This document shows positions 1 to 13,686 of a stretch of DNA of 64,000 nucleotides, piece by piece; within the stretch, counting starts at the first letter, position 1; every line of letters starts with the position of its first letter. Source of the stretch: Phoronis australis (Eukaryota > Animalia > Phoronida); NCBI GenBank assembly GCA_002633005.1, contig NMRA01000778.1, positions 87,990 through 151,989 of the forward strand, in the 5' to 3' direction. Under the pieces are notes generated by a model. That model was not told the origin of the DNA and ran no database searches. It saw only the letters and a program-made list of their open reading frames with translations. Position numbers and translations under genes: made by a program.

Positions 1-379
1 TCAGTGTATAAGGTACCTGAATGCTGGTTAGAAGTGTACAGTATCTGCACACACTTATTATTATAATGTACCTGACTACTCCAACCGAAATTCTCGCACA
101 TCGTCCTCATAGATTAATAACGAAAAGATTATATTGTATTTTACCAGTTATTTGGAAAAGAAATCGCTGTTGAAAATGTAGTTTTCTTAACATTTTGGTG
201 TCAATTTCTTATGAAGATAAATGGGTAAGTTTTAAAACCCAGCAAGGGTTAATGTTCTCTGAAATTTGTATTTTTATCTATATAGATAATTTTCTTGTGC
301 ACCACATTTGAGTAAATATTTGTCTGGTCTTGTTGTCATGCCTGGCTTAAGTCTTACATAGACTTGGTATGGTATGTGG

Positions 380-688
380 TAAAAATTCTCCAGTTTTGAG
401 ACTGTCCTAAAATTTTAGACACCAAATTTCGAGAAGAAAATTTTTTCCTCGATTCTGAAGATTGTGATATGGGTGATTTTGGTATTCTTCAAATTTTTCA
501 AATATCGGACGCAGTTCATAAAATTGTAGAAAATAGTACTGTAATGGTATTGAGGTAAATGACCATTTTTCATTGACTGCAGTTCTTGAATTTGGGACGA
601 CCAACACAGCCTATTTCTAAAATTTATTGAAAACTGAGCCTGACCCAAATTATAATTTTTTTACCATCTTCAACTGGAGAATTTTTAG
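380..688. mobile_element. Putative MITE with about 17-bp terminal inverted repeats
   Basis: taaaaattctccagtt at 380 and aactggagaattttta near 672-687; no clear target-site duplication. Confidence 0.45.
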
Positions 689-2847
689 TGGTAGCTTTCA
701 TATCAGACCACTCCAGTTGAGGCATAAATTGAAATGTAATCCTGTGAAGTGTTCACTCTGCCAAAATCAGATTTACTCACGGCGTAGGAATTTCAGAGCA
801 AGTTAAAAAAATTAAAGACCTTGTTCATCACAGACTAAAACCAACATATTTCCATTGATTTGGAGGTGTGTCGTACTCTGCTCTTTCCATGTATGACCCT
901 GTACATGGTATATTTGACTAGAGCCTTATTTTGGAGACCAATCTTACTTAGTTGGTAGTCTCTGATCCCTGATCTAATCTTGCCAGTGTATTAGTATCCA
1001 ACCTCTGTTTGGACATTTCTCATTTCTGTCTTTGCTGGCACACTGCTAATTATTTCTGACTGCTTCACTAATGGACAGGGTTTGCTGGAACAGTTTTCTT
1101 ATTTACTTCCTTTTGAACTGCATAGAGGAGTTTATGCCATGTCTTTGTGGTGTTGCCTGTTACTGGTGTTTCAAAACAAACCTCTTTTTCTTCCTGCAAA
1201 TCTCCTGTACTCAATTTTGAATGCCGGTGAGGCTGGCCGTGTTTTCACCGAGTCCCTCATGGTCAGTATTTATAATGTTAGTTAACCCTCGATATAAAGA
1301 AAAAATGATCCGTAAATGATCTCAATTAGAAGTCTCAATATCATTAGAATCGCAGAATTATTACTGTCACCGATCACCTCGGAATGGACCAGTGTCTTTT
1401 GACGGCGAGAGGGAGTGCATAAAAGCTGACTTCATGTATTATCTGGAGGATTCTGTGTCCAAGAAAACCCTTCGTTGGGTCTCCATAGACCACAATGTAA
1501 AAATCATATTGTTTAACATAGTCCATCTGCTCATTCATCCGCATGTGCTATGTATACCCATGTCGAAACTGTGGGCATGCGTATATCATAGTACACAGAC
1601 GTCCGAGTTGCTCTAATTCTGATTGGTCACTCCTATCACATCTTTCACATTTTAACCAATCAGTTTTTACGGTGGTTTGATGCGATGAGTGCCTTTTCAC
1701 ATATGGCGCGATTGTCGGCAATTGTATCTGTCGTCTTTAGTTCTATGGTAATGCACCATTTCATTCTAAGTTGTGATAACTATTCTGAACTAAGAGAAAA
1801 TTTTGTTGAAGTGTACTACTGGAATTTTCTATAGATTAATGTCAACAAGTGATGATGCTGAATTAGTAATCTAAAGTATGTAAATAATTAATGTATTTTA
1901 TGGTTTTTGTCTCCATGATTGCTTGCTGCACTCTTAAGTATGTTACATGTTGTACTTTTGTACAGTGAGCCTATGGCCTTTATTACAGAAATAAATTGAT
2001 ATGATTGTTTCATCAGATCACTGGGTACAATGGGAGATTTTCAATGTCAACCCTAGGGGGAGCTCCCAACAATTACTGTTAGTGGATATGACTACTATTA
2101 TGCCACAAACTCATCAGACTGTTGTCAGAAGCTTAATATGTCGGAAATGCATTTCTGGTTAAGTTTCAACTTTGTGGTGGGCGGTGAATTTTGGTATTTA
2201 GCGTTTTTTAGTTTTACTTCAAAAATTTGCTTTTCATGTCTATAATACTTTAATTGCTTGTATAGTTTATACAAATACTTCTTTTTATTGTGTGTCAAGG
2301 CACACAAAATCATAGACATTGTAGACAGTAGTTTTTTAGGCAATTCGTGATTATGTAAAATGTAAATTGGAACTGATTGACTGATGATATTTTTAATGCT
2401 TGTGTCTTAAATCTTCTCTGGTAGCTGTGAATTTAGTTGAAAATAACAAAAAATGAATAATTTGGCTATTGTGACCTATGTACTGTTACTTTGTCATTGC
2501 AGTGCATGGTCATCTTACCACGGTTCTGTGGTGTTGATGAAGTGTTTGCAGTTATCTAATTAATGTGATTGTAAATATCTCTGGCCATCTTGCATAATAT
2601 TCTCGACAGCACCATGTAAAATAAGACTGCCATCTTACTGTGGTCAAATCCAATCTATGTGAACTCCACCTTCTTGCCAAGGTTTTACACGTCTCGACTC
2701 ATCTTCATTGTAGAAAACATGACCAGCCATCTTGTCATCCTTTGTAGATGTATACTAGACATTGTGGATATGGTGGAAAACATCGTATAACCGTGTTGCT
2801 ACTGTGGCGACATCTACCTGTCATAATCATCTTGCCGTCTTTTGCAG

Positions 2848-5800
2848 ACAAACTCATCCACGCTCGACTCCTTGTGCAGCTTTTTCAAGAACGAGAACTC
2901 GGAGTAAGTTTTTAACAAAAGTCATAATGTGTGACCAAAATGTGACTGTTGTTCTTATGTTGACTGATAAAAGACTGGTTATCCCCTGGTTTAACTCTGC
3001 ATGGAAGCGATCCTCTAGTCAAGTTGTTTGTCAAATCTCTCAGGAGTCTCAAACTTTTATAAGAGATTGTTCCATTGTCTCCTAAGTGTTTCCCAACGTT
3101 ATTTTTCAATTAGAGTTCCGTAATCTTCTTACGAAACAAAAGTTTAAATTAATTTATCTCTTTTCAAATATAAAATATATAGCCTTATTTTGCTCTGAAT
3201 TTAAAGTGTGCTAAATTGGCAAACTAGCTTGAAAAGTTGCTTTTCTCTCAAAAATGTATGACGTGCAATGATTATGTCATGACGGAGGTCACAACCAATG
3301 AGAACATGTGCCATTTTTGAATTCACAATTCTAGGGTTGGCTAATTTTAATAATATCCTTAGTTGGTACTTGTGTCTGATGGTTTCTAGTTGGGAACAAA
3401 AAGACATCCTATTGTGGTGAGGGATGGTTTTATGAGTAAAAGGATGATTTTCATGTTTATCCAGGTAATCAGTGTGAGGTGCAGTTTTAACTAGAAAACA
3501 AACAACTTTTGACGCTCTAAAATTTCCCTGCCCCTATGGGCCAGCTAGTGCCATGCCCCCTGGTGTGGCAACAATGAACTAGCTTCTGTATCTCTCAGAT
3601 ACCTTGTACTCATCTGGGTTAACATCCAAAGTACTTGAACTGGGAGCTCAGAAATCACAGGGTGGGCATCAAACTTTGTTTACAAATGATTTTTTGAACA
3701 TTTGCTGTCATATTAGTCCATGGTCGGAAGGTCCTGGCTAGTGCCTCCATGGGCCAGCTATTTCCATGTCCCCTGCTGTAGCCACTGCTAACTAGCCTCT
3801 GTATTCCCCAGGTATACCATTTACCAACATGTCAGCACAATCTGTTCATGTGGTTCTCAGCCTTAAGTCAGATGGTCCTGGCTAGTGCCCCATGGGCCAG
3901 CTACCTCCATGCCCCCTGTCTTCGTTTTTACTAACTGCCTGCTGTATTCTCCAGGTATACCATCTACCTACAGTTCTACAATCTGTTCATGTGGTTCTGG
4001 GTCATGAACTTCATCGTGGCCTTTGGTCAGATGGTGCTGGCTGGTGCCTTCGCCTCCTTCTACTGGGCCTTTAACAAGCCAGATGACATTCCAGCCTTTG
4101 CTGTCACTCAGTCTGTAGGCAGGACACTGCTGTAAGTTACTCTCACACTAGTGGGTGTTATCAAGGCTTGGAATTTTCCGCGGAAACGCAGATTTCTGCT
4201 TTTTTCAAATGTTCTGTCGGCATATTTTATTATATTTCCGCGTAAAAAAAATGGATTTGAAATAAAATTTCCGCGGCAAATTTCTTTCTTACCGCGGCGT
4301 TGCCGATGACTTTCACCTCAAAAAGCGGAAGTTGCTTATTATGTTTCGGAAGGAACGTAACTTATCAACATTGCTGGGGCATCTGGGATAGTGTGGTGGA
4401 TTTCTTCAATGGCGTCTCGTGTGATTGTAAACCGCGGTGACAAATACTACGACTCTGCAGCCAAAAATGTGTGGAGATGTGATGATGGACGAGCTAAAAA
4501 GACGCAGACGCACGCTTCTGGAGGTGGTACCGGTTTTTTTTAGTCCTCTCGATTTTTGTCGGCAAAAGGTCCACATCGACTATTTCAAGGCTGGATGCGC
4601 GCATGTTTTGGGCCGTAAAAATTTCTGTTTTTTTATCATTGATCATTCCAAGCCCTGTGTTATGAGGATTCAATGAACAACATGAAGTATACTATGAATA
4701 TCTCAATTTAGGGAAGATTTAGATCATGAGCATGACGGCACTCATGTGACTATGCTCCTGCATGATTATCTGATTGCATGCATTTCTACGGGAAGAATCC
4801 GTGTTACACTAGCACCACCTAGTGAGTTTCAAGTCTACTTTTGATGTGGAAAATACCTTAAGCATTAATTTCGTTATGGCACGTCTTCAAAAATGTCAAA
4901 ATTAAATTTTCTAAGTTGGTTGAGTTCTGGGTGTTTCTTGCAACTTATTCCGTTCATTTTTGAAAGTGCGTTTTGAAGGTTTTCCTTAATGTTCATTGAA
5001 AAAATTGTTGCAGTTGACAATGTCCACTATGCTGTATGTGAAGTTGCAAGGCATGGTTTCATTTGAAAGTTGCTGAGCACTAGGTAGTTGACGAGATGGT
5101 GTCTATGTTTCTTTGAAACTAGTTGTTGTTTTCAGCTACCACACGGGGTCTCTGGCGTTTGGCTCCTTGATCATCGCCATCATTCAAATCATCCGTGTCC
5201 TGCTCGAGTACGCTGACAACAAACTGAAAGGCACGGAGAATCAAGTGGCCAAGTTTATTCTCAAGTAAGTCTTCTACTTGAAGATTATGTAGGACCTTAT
5301 CAAAAATCTGTGTAAACTATTTAGCCAGAGATCTGCAAAACTATGGATTTTAACTCTCGGTAAAAGTGTATATTAGAAAACTTGTAGAATTCAATTTTGA
5401 CTTTTTAGTAAAATTTAGCAACAAGGAATGCACATTGATAACAAAATTCAGTATCAATATCATGGCCATACAGTTTTCTAAATTATCATTTTGTTTAACA
5501 GATTTTTTTGATCGCCATTCATATAAAAGTGGATCATTTTAGGGAATAATTGCAAACAACATTTTGAAGAACATTGCATAAAACATAGTATCTGAAAGAT
5601 TCATAACAATCCAATGTGCCATGATGTTCAGCAGTTTGCCAAATTTGCACATTATGCTAGGATCCTACTTAACCATAAAGGTATAGTCTGGGAAACCATT
5701 TACTAGTCTTATGTTTATCGTGTGTAAAGCAAGATCTCACAGTACTTTGCAAAATCGCGCAAGTTTTCACAAGTATACTCGGGAACTTACTCGCTTATCC

Positions 5801-8800
5801 AAACAAAATGGTGGCCTTTCAAGTTTTGAATCATGGGAATAAATGTGGTGTTTTCATTTCTTAAGTCGAGATTTTTCTCCAGTAGTGCAAGCTAATGTTT
5901 TGCGGTCTACAAAACTATACTCTGGATTTTCATTGGATTCTCTTTTCATTTTTAATTGACAAGCTGATGATTCATGGCCTCAGTATTTACAAAACATTTA
6001 ATTTACAAAATTTATAAACAGTTGACCTCATTCTCTGACTATTCACTACGTAGCAGTTTTCAATCTCTCTAAGTTCATTTTTGCACTCCAGTAATTGCCA
6101 AGATTGCAATTAAAATTCACAAGACAAAACCCAAACCTCAGTTAATTTACTATTAGTTGTTCTGAGCAAACCTGAAAATAATGAAGACAAAATCTGAATG
6201 TCTAACTTTTGTGAGATAAGTTGAAGACTGATCTCTGTAACATACTCTTCAATCATAATTTCCTTCTTTTATCCGTATACTATGTGTAGTTTTACTTGAG
6301 CCCAGTTGTTGTGTGTATCAAGACAGTGTATGGTGCGTGTATCAATGTTGTGCACTGCCACTGTATTAAGGTTGTGTAAGGTAACTGTGTCATGGTTGTG
6401 TATTGTGATCGTTCCAGGTGCCTGAAGTGTTGTTTCTGGTGTCTGGAGAAGTTTATGAAGATGATCAATAAGAATGCCTACATCTTGGTAAGTCAAACAT
6501 GGGCGCCATCTATTGAAGGCAATGATCGCTAGTTATCTTTTTGTCGTCTGGGTGTTGGCTATTGTGTGAAAGTGGATAAAATGAAAAATCATGAAGGATT
6601 GATGAGCAATGATTGTTCCTTTCAATAGTGTTGTTTGTATTGACAATGCCATCTAGTGTCTTCAATAGTGCTCCCTTTTGACTGGAAATTATGGTTTTGA
6701 TTAAAAGTAAATAAACCATTCTTTTTCTAAGTAATCCATTTCTTTGTTTTTAGTTTTCAATTTTAGGTTAAAATTCTATATTTAGAATTAGTTTTAATAT
6801 GCACCTTGCAAGTCAAATGCGAAAGTAAAGATGTCTGTGCGAACTTGGGGAAGATACCAAACATGTTCCGGGTAAAATGTGAAATTTACCATGATCACAA
6901 TTGTTGCTAGGTAGCTGTTGCGTAAAGTAGAAAGTTACAACCTGGAATTTTTACATGTCAGCATTCGTTAAGTGTAAAGTTGAAACAACTTTTAAATAAG
7001 TGATATATTAATTGCACTGATATATTGTCTTTAGATTGCTATCTATGGCAAAAACTTCTGCACGTCTGCCAAGAACGCCTTCTTCCTTATCATGCGGAAC
7101 ATTGTCAGGTGAGTTACGTCGAGCAATGGAGTCGCAAGTTCACAGATTACATTTTCTGTAGATGAACACTTTGCGAAGACCTTCATTGTACAACTGTTGT
7201 GGAAGGTCTGCAAAATTTGTTTCAAATTCAGAATTGCAACAACTTGTGCCACGCAATTTGTTTCCAGAAATCCTTAAATAATAAATACATCATTTTGTGT
7301 AAATTGTAACATTTGGGGATCGTAAAATGTCTTAGTTGGTTGTGATTAATCAGGGTTATTGCATTTTACAACGTACGCCTAATTTTATCATCATGCAGCT
7401 CAAAAAGGTGTTGATTCATTTCGCATCAAAATCAGTAATTGGAGAACACGATCCGTAGTTCCCCGTCAAGGTGGCTGCGGAATTCACCTTCAGAGAAGGA
7501 TGCATCATGACTTGTATTTTATCAACTATTGACGTGTACTTTACATCGAGACTGATATATTTGTTACTAGACTCGGTTAATTGTTTTTATTTGATTTCAA
7601 ATTTCAAATATTGATTTTCTGTGCAAAGTGTAAATCTTGGCCAGCTTCCTCCTGTTTTCATTTGTCCATAAACTCTTTCGCACAACCATCATTAAAACTT
7701 CGCCAATTCCAAAATCCCGGTCTCCTCTCCATTAATTTCACATGACATCATTTCTTTACAGAGTTGTGGTCATTGACAAAGTGACAGACTTTATTCTGTT
7801 CATTGGAAAGTTGGTTGTTGTCGGCGCCATCGGTAAGAAACAAGCTTGCAGTTTGATGCAATAATTACATAATTGGCATGATTGATTAGTTGCTAGGACG
7901 TGCACTATTGTAACTATGGTGCAGTAGAAGTAGACTATTGTGTGTTGTGATGTTATGTGCTCCAAGTATGATATGTTTTTAACAGTGATGGATTTCGTCT
8001 TGGCAAAAGTTCATCAAAATTCATGGGGCTTAAATTTTCTGTTATTTCTCAAATTTAAAATGCTCTACAATCAAAGTTGTTTTTATTCCTTCTCGATTTT
8101 TGTCATAACCTTGACGTTGCTAATTAGATTTTAGTTGTGTAATATCCAGATGCATTTAGCATAATTTCTAGTCTACGGTAAAAATCCTTTAATTTGGAAC
8201 AGTGTGAAATTTAGGTCATGGAAATTAAGGAAGAAATTGAATTTTCATTATTCTGAAGATTGGGACACAGTCGAGCTTGACGTTTGTCAAATTTCTCAAA
8301 TTATGGACACTGCATCGGTGTATCAACCGAGTCTGGAAATAGACTTGACACGTCATAAAGTCATTAAGTACAGCTGCCAGCACAACTTTTTCACGGGTCC
8401 TCGTAGTGTATAACTTCAAGGAGAATGGTCATTTGTCATTGATCCTATTTCCTGAATTTGGGATGGCCAATATTGCATGATTTCTAAATTAGGTATAAGT
8501 TCTGACCTCGAGCTAATTTAAATTTCACTGTCCCAAGCTATAGACTGTTTACCGTAATGTTCATGGTTTGCTGTTCATGTATTCACATCTTTATTATAGC
8601 CGCGCCAGCCTTTTTCTTCTTCAGTGGAAAAATAAAATTCCCCCTCTACGATACGCCCGATCTCAATTTCTACGTTCTTCCGATCGCGGTAAGTCCACGC
8701 CCCCCGCTGCTTGCTGCTGCACGCCACAATCGTGTTGTGTTTGAGTTTTGTTCGGATTCCTTGCAGATTATTTTGGCAGTACCATGTATTCGTCACACTA

Positions 8801-11800
8801 TTTACAGTCAAACTTTTTTAGTTTCGGACTTTTCAGAAGCATTTAATGTTTGGTTACATAACTGAGATGACACTGATGTGTCTGTTTCAATACTTGATAC
8901 CTGCATGTGATCATTCTCAAATCATAGTTTGAACCCCCATTTGCTAGTCAGGCAGTCCATTGTTTGAAACTCTTCGACTTTGAAAATACCACAGCTGTTA
9001 CCATGTGGAAGTTTCTAGCATTCACTGACCTTGATCACCAAACAATTTGCTACTGTGTTCGAAACCTAGGAAGTTTCATGGTCTTCATTTCCAGGTGCGG
9101 AAAACCAGCGAGAAGTAAGAAATTCTTTAACTATTAGGAATAATTGCTGTTGGTGATGGTTTCCACAGACAACCATCGCAATAGTGTCCATTCAAGGCTG
9201 TGAAGAGATGAGAGGCTCACCTTATTTCAAGCCAGGAGATTGTTGATAGTACTTCTAATCAGATTTTCTTAACACAGATGTGCGACCTGACACAAGTCTT
9301 GAATGGGACAAAGGTGAAAGTGACTGTGTAGTTACTGTATATTTGATTTCAGACCAGATTTTACATTTACGTTCAGCCACGAACCTATTGAATCACCGGC
9401 TGCATTCTGGCTGTGGTGCACACACACGAGCAGCACCACTGATTGCATTATGGCTGGGTTGCATCAACATTCTGATTTGATCACCTGCGACATTTGCCGC
9501 TTTGTCCCACCCCTGCATTCCATCTTGTTGATAACATTATCTCTCAACAGGTGGCGCCTCATACTACTTCTTCAGCGGGTCAATTGTTAAGACCCTGCCG
9601 TTCTTGGCCAGCTATGTTCCAAGCACACTCAACTTCTGGGTGTTGCCTGTGATTGTGAGTAATGCTAGTATTGCCTTGACACACTGGCTTCTCTGTTGGC
9701 TTCCATCCATCTTGAACTATTTCTCTTTTAACCTTCAACCTATAACCTTTCACCTCCCTAGCGTGCTTCCTCCTTCCAGGTGGCTTTCACACAATATGCA
9801 CAGATTTGTTTCCATTGCTAAGTTTGTTACTGGGCAGTTTGTTGAACTATGCAAGCAACAAGTCCCTCAATATCCACTAGGTGGTGCTAAGTGTCGTCTT
9901 TCTATTATCCTAGCAGGGATAAGTGTCCCTTGCATATTCTGACCAGGTTTCACCAGCACCACCTAGTGAGCATAATGCCAGTACGTGTACTTTGCTCAGC
10001 ACTATAGCCAAGTTACATAAAACGGGGGAAGCTAGTCCCCCTTCCTTGTGAACCCGTGAATGTTCACATTAACAGCAGTCTTCTCTCATAATCTGTATCC
10101 ATTCGACTTATGCTTAGTAATTTGTGTGAGTGTAGAAGTCCATTGTTTTCTTAATACCAAATTCTTTTCAAGTACGAAATTTAATCCTTTTCACATTTGT
10201 GCTATTAGTGAAAACTCCAGATTGCGGTTTGTGTGAGGTCTTGTTATCCTAGCGAAGCTTTCAGCCAATGGTGGCTTTTGATTTGCTCTACGTCTTTGTT
10301 GATGCTTATCAAAATCTGGTGAAGGAAATATTACTTTTCTTCAGAGCTCCACCTATTGGCTGCTGAATGAGACTTGCATTGTGTCATAATGCAGCCCTAA
10401 GCAGTGTAGTGTTACTTTGTGTCACATTTCAGCCGTTTGTTGAACACTCTGCAGTTTCACATAAATGGCGGGAATCCTGTGTCTGGTTCAGGGTGTCCGA
10501 CAGCTGTGTAAAACTAGCTCATTCCGTTGTTCGGACCCCCTGGACTCGGGCTCTGTATCCGCCCCAGCTGACAGTCAGCTGGTATCACTGTGTTACTAAC
10601 TATTTTTCAATCTCTCTCTCTCTCGCCTTTGACACATTGACATCACATTTCCGATTTCACTCTGTTTCACTTTAGTTCGATGGCCAGTTGAAGGCAGAAA
10701 ATTGTAGAATAATTTTTGATCAAATGAAAGCCGGGATGTTTGCTGTTTGTTACTTATTTGTAACAACTTACAGTATTGAGTTAAAAAAATTTTGCAATAG
10801 CGTGAGCACTTGATTCGATGACTTGCAGGTTTTCAATTTGACCTCGGATTGTGTTTGGCGACCTGGGAAAAATTTGCCACGAACTCGCCACTGCGAGTAT
10901 CCAAGTCAGACAGTAATTCCCTTGAAATTTGTTTCAAAGTTTTTGTTGACTTCCAAACATTACATCACTAACTGCAACTGCTTTTGTATTGGAAGGCTAT
11001 TCACAAATGAGTGATTATTGGTTAGGGGCGATAACTTTGCATTAAACTCCCGACTAAATTTCATTTCACAAAAGTGTGGCTTAACTGCCAAGAAATTTGT
11101 CATAGTTTATTTTGAAAACTAGTACATACCCGAGTTATCAACTGGCCACGTCGTCTCACTTAGTTAACCAATTGTTGTGAACTGTGCAATAGTCTGAACT
11201 AGTCACTGTTAAACTTGTGTATGTACACAGCAAAAAGGTAATATTTTTGTTAGCAGTTTCGAGTTAAGTACTGGCAGTAAAAATCCCCCAGTTTGGAAGT
11301 GTCAAGCCATATGAGTAATAATTTTTGTCAAGTTTCTCAGCATAAGATAGCAAAACATTACTTGCATGTTTTACGTGGCACAGCTGCCTCCAAAAAATAT
11401 TTGATAAATTTTGAGCATTCTTAAAAAATTCCAGTGGGAATTTCATCCCAGTTTGATTTATTTTGGAGCCGTTTTTCTTTTTGCTTAATGCTTCATTGAA
11501 AGTTTCTAGTTAGAAATCAATTCTTGGCTTTTCGTGCCGTGCTAAGTCCACTAATGACAGGGCTTGGAATAGAATAAGACGACCTAATCACTTCACAGAG
11601 AACATGTGCCAGTCATTTTGACGCTTAATTAGTAAAATTTTCTTTATTTCAAAATTATAAATATGCATGTTCTAATACGTATAAGTTACCAAAGGCGTTA
11701 TTAGTGTTTCTTCAAGGAAACATTTGATCACAGATCTTATGCAGACATGACCGAGGTAGGTGCTAAATTTGTCAGGTAATGCCTCAGAGTGGGCCTTGTC

Positions 11801-12485
11801 AATACCAGACAGTCAGCCCCGTGTGCTTCATCAATTTGCATGAGATCTTGTCTCATTATCATGCAATTTCATTACAGCTGATCACGATCTGTGCGTTCAT
11901 GATTGCGTCCGGCTTCTTCAGCGTCTACGGGATGTGTGTGGATACACTCTTCTTGTGTTTTCGTAAGTATTCGAAATGTGGCTTCAGTTGGGCCGAGAAG
12001 GAGTGCTTAGTAATTGTTTTCTGTCCACCATACTTGATTTAAAGGGGCGCTTCGTTCACGTAATCACAACTTGGGTCAGCAATAGCAAATGCATGGTCCT
12101 CATGTGTATGCGTCATTAGTATTTTTGAAACGGTGTTTTTGTTTCAATTTTCATTTTGACTTAACCTGGCAATGTCGAGGAGATTTTGCCAGTTATGCTC
12201 ATTTCAGCTTAGAAATGAGACTCAAAGAAGTGATAACTTTTAACGTTACTTAAAATAAATACAAGTTACAGTAAGCATTTCTTGCTTCAAAACCTCTCAC
12301 ACGTGCCCCTTAGCTTAAAATTTAAATGTTCACGAACATTCCTGTTGTCATTCTCATTCGTTGCTGCCTCGTTTCCAGTTGAGGATCTAGAGAGACATGA
12401 CGGGTCTGCGGAGAAACCGTATTACATGAACAAGGAGCTGATGAACATTCTAGGCAAGAAGAATACTGCACCACAAAGTGACTAA
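2848..12485 (+). CDS. SLC44A2: Choline transporter-like protein (SLC44A2/4/5 group), 3' part, spliced. Exons 2848-2903, 3955-4131, 5136-5264, 6418-6487, 7035-7108, 7762-7832, [8600-8688 OR 9551-9654], 11878-11962, 12379-12485. 5' exons not identified, probably upstream of the window
   Basis: Manual splicing at canonical AG/GT sites with compatible phases gives [61 protein letters not shown]...[25 protein letters not shown]...[66 protein letters not shown]...[45 protein letters not shown]. These are hallmark CTL motifs. Which paralog (A2/A4/A5) cannot be resolved here. Confidence 0.95.
3535..3890 (+). repeat. Two decayed tandem copies of the acceptor plus 5' part of CTL exon 3955-4131
   Basis: Unit atgggccagcta..ccatg.cccctg..aactag..ctgtat..(c)ag.tacc recurs at about 3537, 3749 and 3892. 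The copy at 3749 keeps ccaggtataccat, aatctgttcatgtggttct and gtcagatggtcctggct. Confidence 0.8.
4162..4657. mobile_element. Non-autonomous hAT-like DNA transposon (MITE) in a CTL intron
   Basis: Termini caaggcttggaat...attccaagccctg; direct repeat TGTTAT at 4156-4161 and 4658-4663; a similar terminus cagggcttggaat at about 11558. Confidence 0.75.
8600..8688 (+). CDS. CTL alternative exon A (phase 1 to 0): (A)[29 protein letters not shown]
   Basis: ttatag acceptor and gtaagt donor; 89 nt; in frame with both flanking exons; FFFS...P.LNFY.LP motif of the last CTL extracellular loop. Confidence 0.88.
9551..9654 (+). CDS. CTL alternative exon B (phase 1 to 0): (G)[34 protein letters not shown]
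   Basis: caacag acceptor and gtgagt donor; 104 nt; same phases as exon A and homologous to it (FFSG..P..LNF.VLP). Confidence 0.88.
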
Positions 12486-13616
12486 GTCTTTGGTTGCCGG
12501 GGACATTGGCTCAGTTTGGCACAACCCAAGTCCCATCAAGCTCTTGCCCTCATTGCAAAGCCCCCCCCCCACATAGATGCTAGATAAGTTATTTTTGTAA
12601 GGATTCCTTCTTATCAGTTAAATAAATTTTGATGTTAAAATCTTCTACTCTACAGATCTAAGACAGCATTCAACGTATTAAAGCCCCTACATAAGCCAAT
12701 TTTGGTAAAAATATGCTTCCTATTTCCAAATACACATTTCTTCAAGGCCGTGCACATGTTGGTGACATAGCTGTTCGTATGTAATTGCCGAAGTGTTTTT
12801 ATAAAAACAGAACATAGTTACTTACGTTTTTTCAATTGCAGTTTATATTCAAAATTTTTAACTGACTTTTTAAGAACTTTAATAAGTGAACTATGCGCCA
12901 GTAGTTTTATATAGGACACAACGGTCTTGGCTATGAATTACTTTTTGTTGTTTGGAAAGTACACGGCCCTGGAAAAAAGATATGCCCCTAACCAATTTTA
13001 ACTCTCTACTGCATTCCTCATCTCTCATTGGTTATTTAAAATTGATTGAGTAATCAACTTGCTAATGCTGTGGTTTGGCTCAAACCAAAGTTAATTTTAC
13101 TACTCCAGGGTTGGGTATTTTAAGTGGTCTTAGTTTTGATGATTGTATTTTGTACTGTGAGTGGCCGTGTTGTATATACATGTATATATATAAAGTATCC
13201 ACTGTTGTATTAAGCCACATTTTTCGATTCCCGTATTGCACGCCAGTACATTAAGTGGGCTTTCTTTTAGCATTCTTTGACGAACTTCTTGTTAAATTTA
13301 GATTTCACGTAACTGTTTGATAAGCAATCCTTTCTCCAGATTTTACAAGCAATTTTTCGTGCAAGATCAGTCACAATTGGAGTTATCCCAAGTTTTATCG
13401 TCTCAGTTTCATTGTGATTTTGTTGTATGGTACTTAATATATTTAGTTTTATTGATGGTGCAGGTCTCACCATGTAATGTAGTGCAGTGACAAAAGTATA
13501 CTCAAGATTTGTTTAGAATAAACTGTAATGGTGGTTTTCATCTTTCAAGTTTTCAAAACTTATTTTTAAATTAGCATTGTTTCTTTGTTAGATGAACTTT
13601 TTAATCTTAGCGCATA

Positions 13617-13686
13617 ATGTTTGTTTTTCGGTACGCATGTTTGTTTCTCGGTACGCATGTTTGTTTCTCGGTACGCATGTGTTTCT
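13617..13686. repeat. 20-bp tandem repeat, about 3.5 copies (atgtttgtttctcggtacgc), downstream of the CTL stop
   Basis: Direct reading. Confidence 0.9.

Noticed and set aside
2016-2165. Possible upstream CTL exon after catcag
   Set aside because: No frame gives CTL-like sequence and there is no suitable donor
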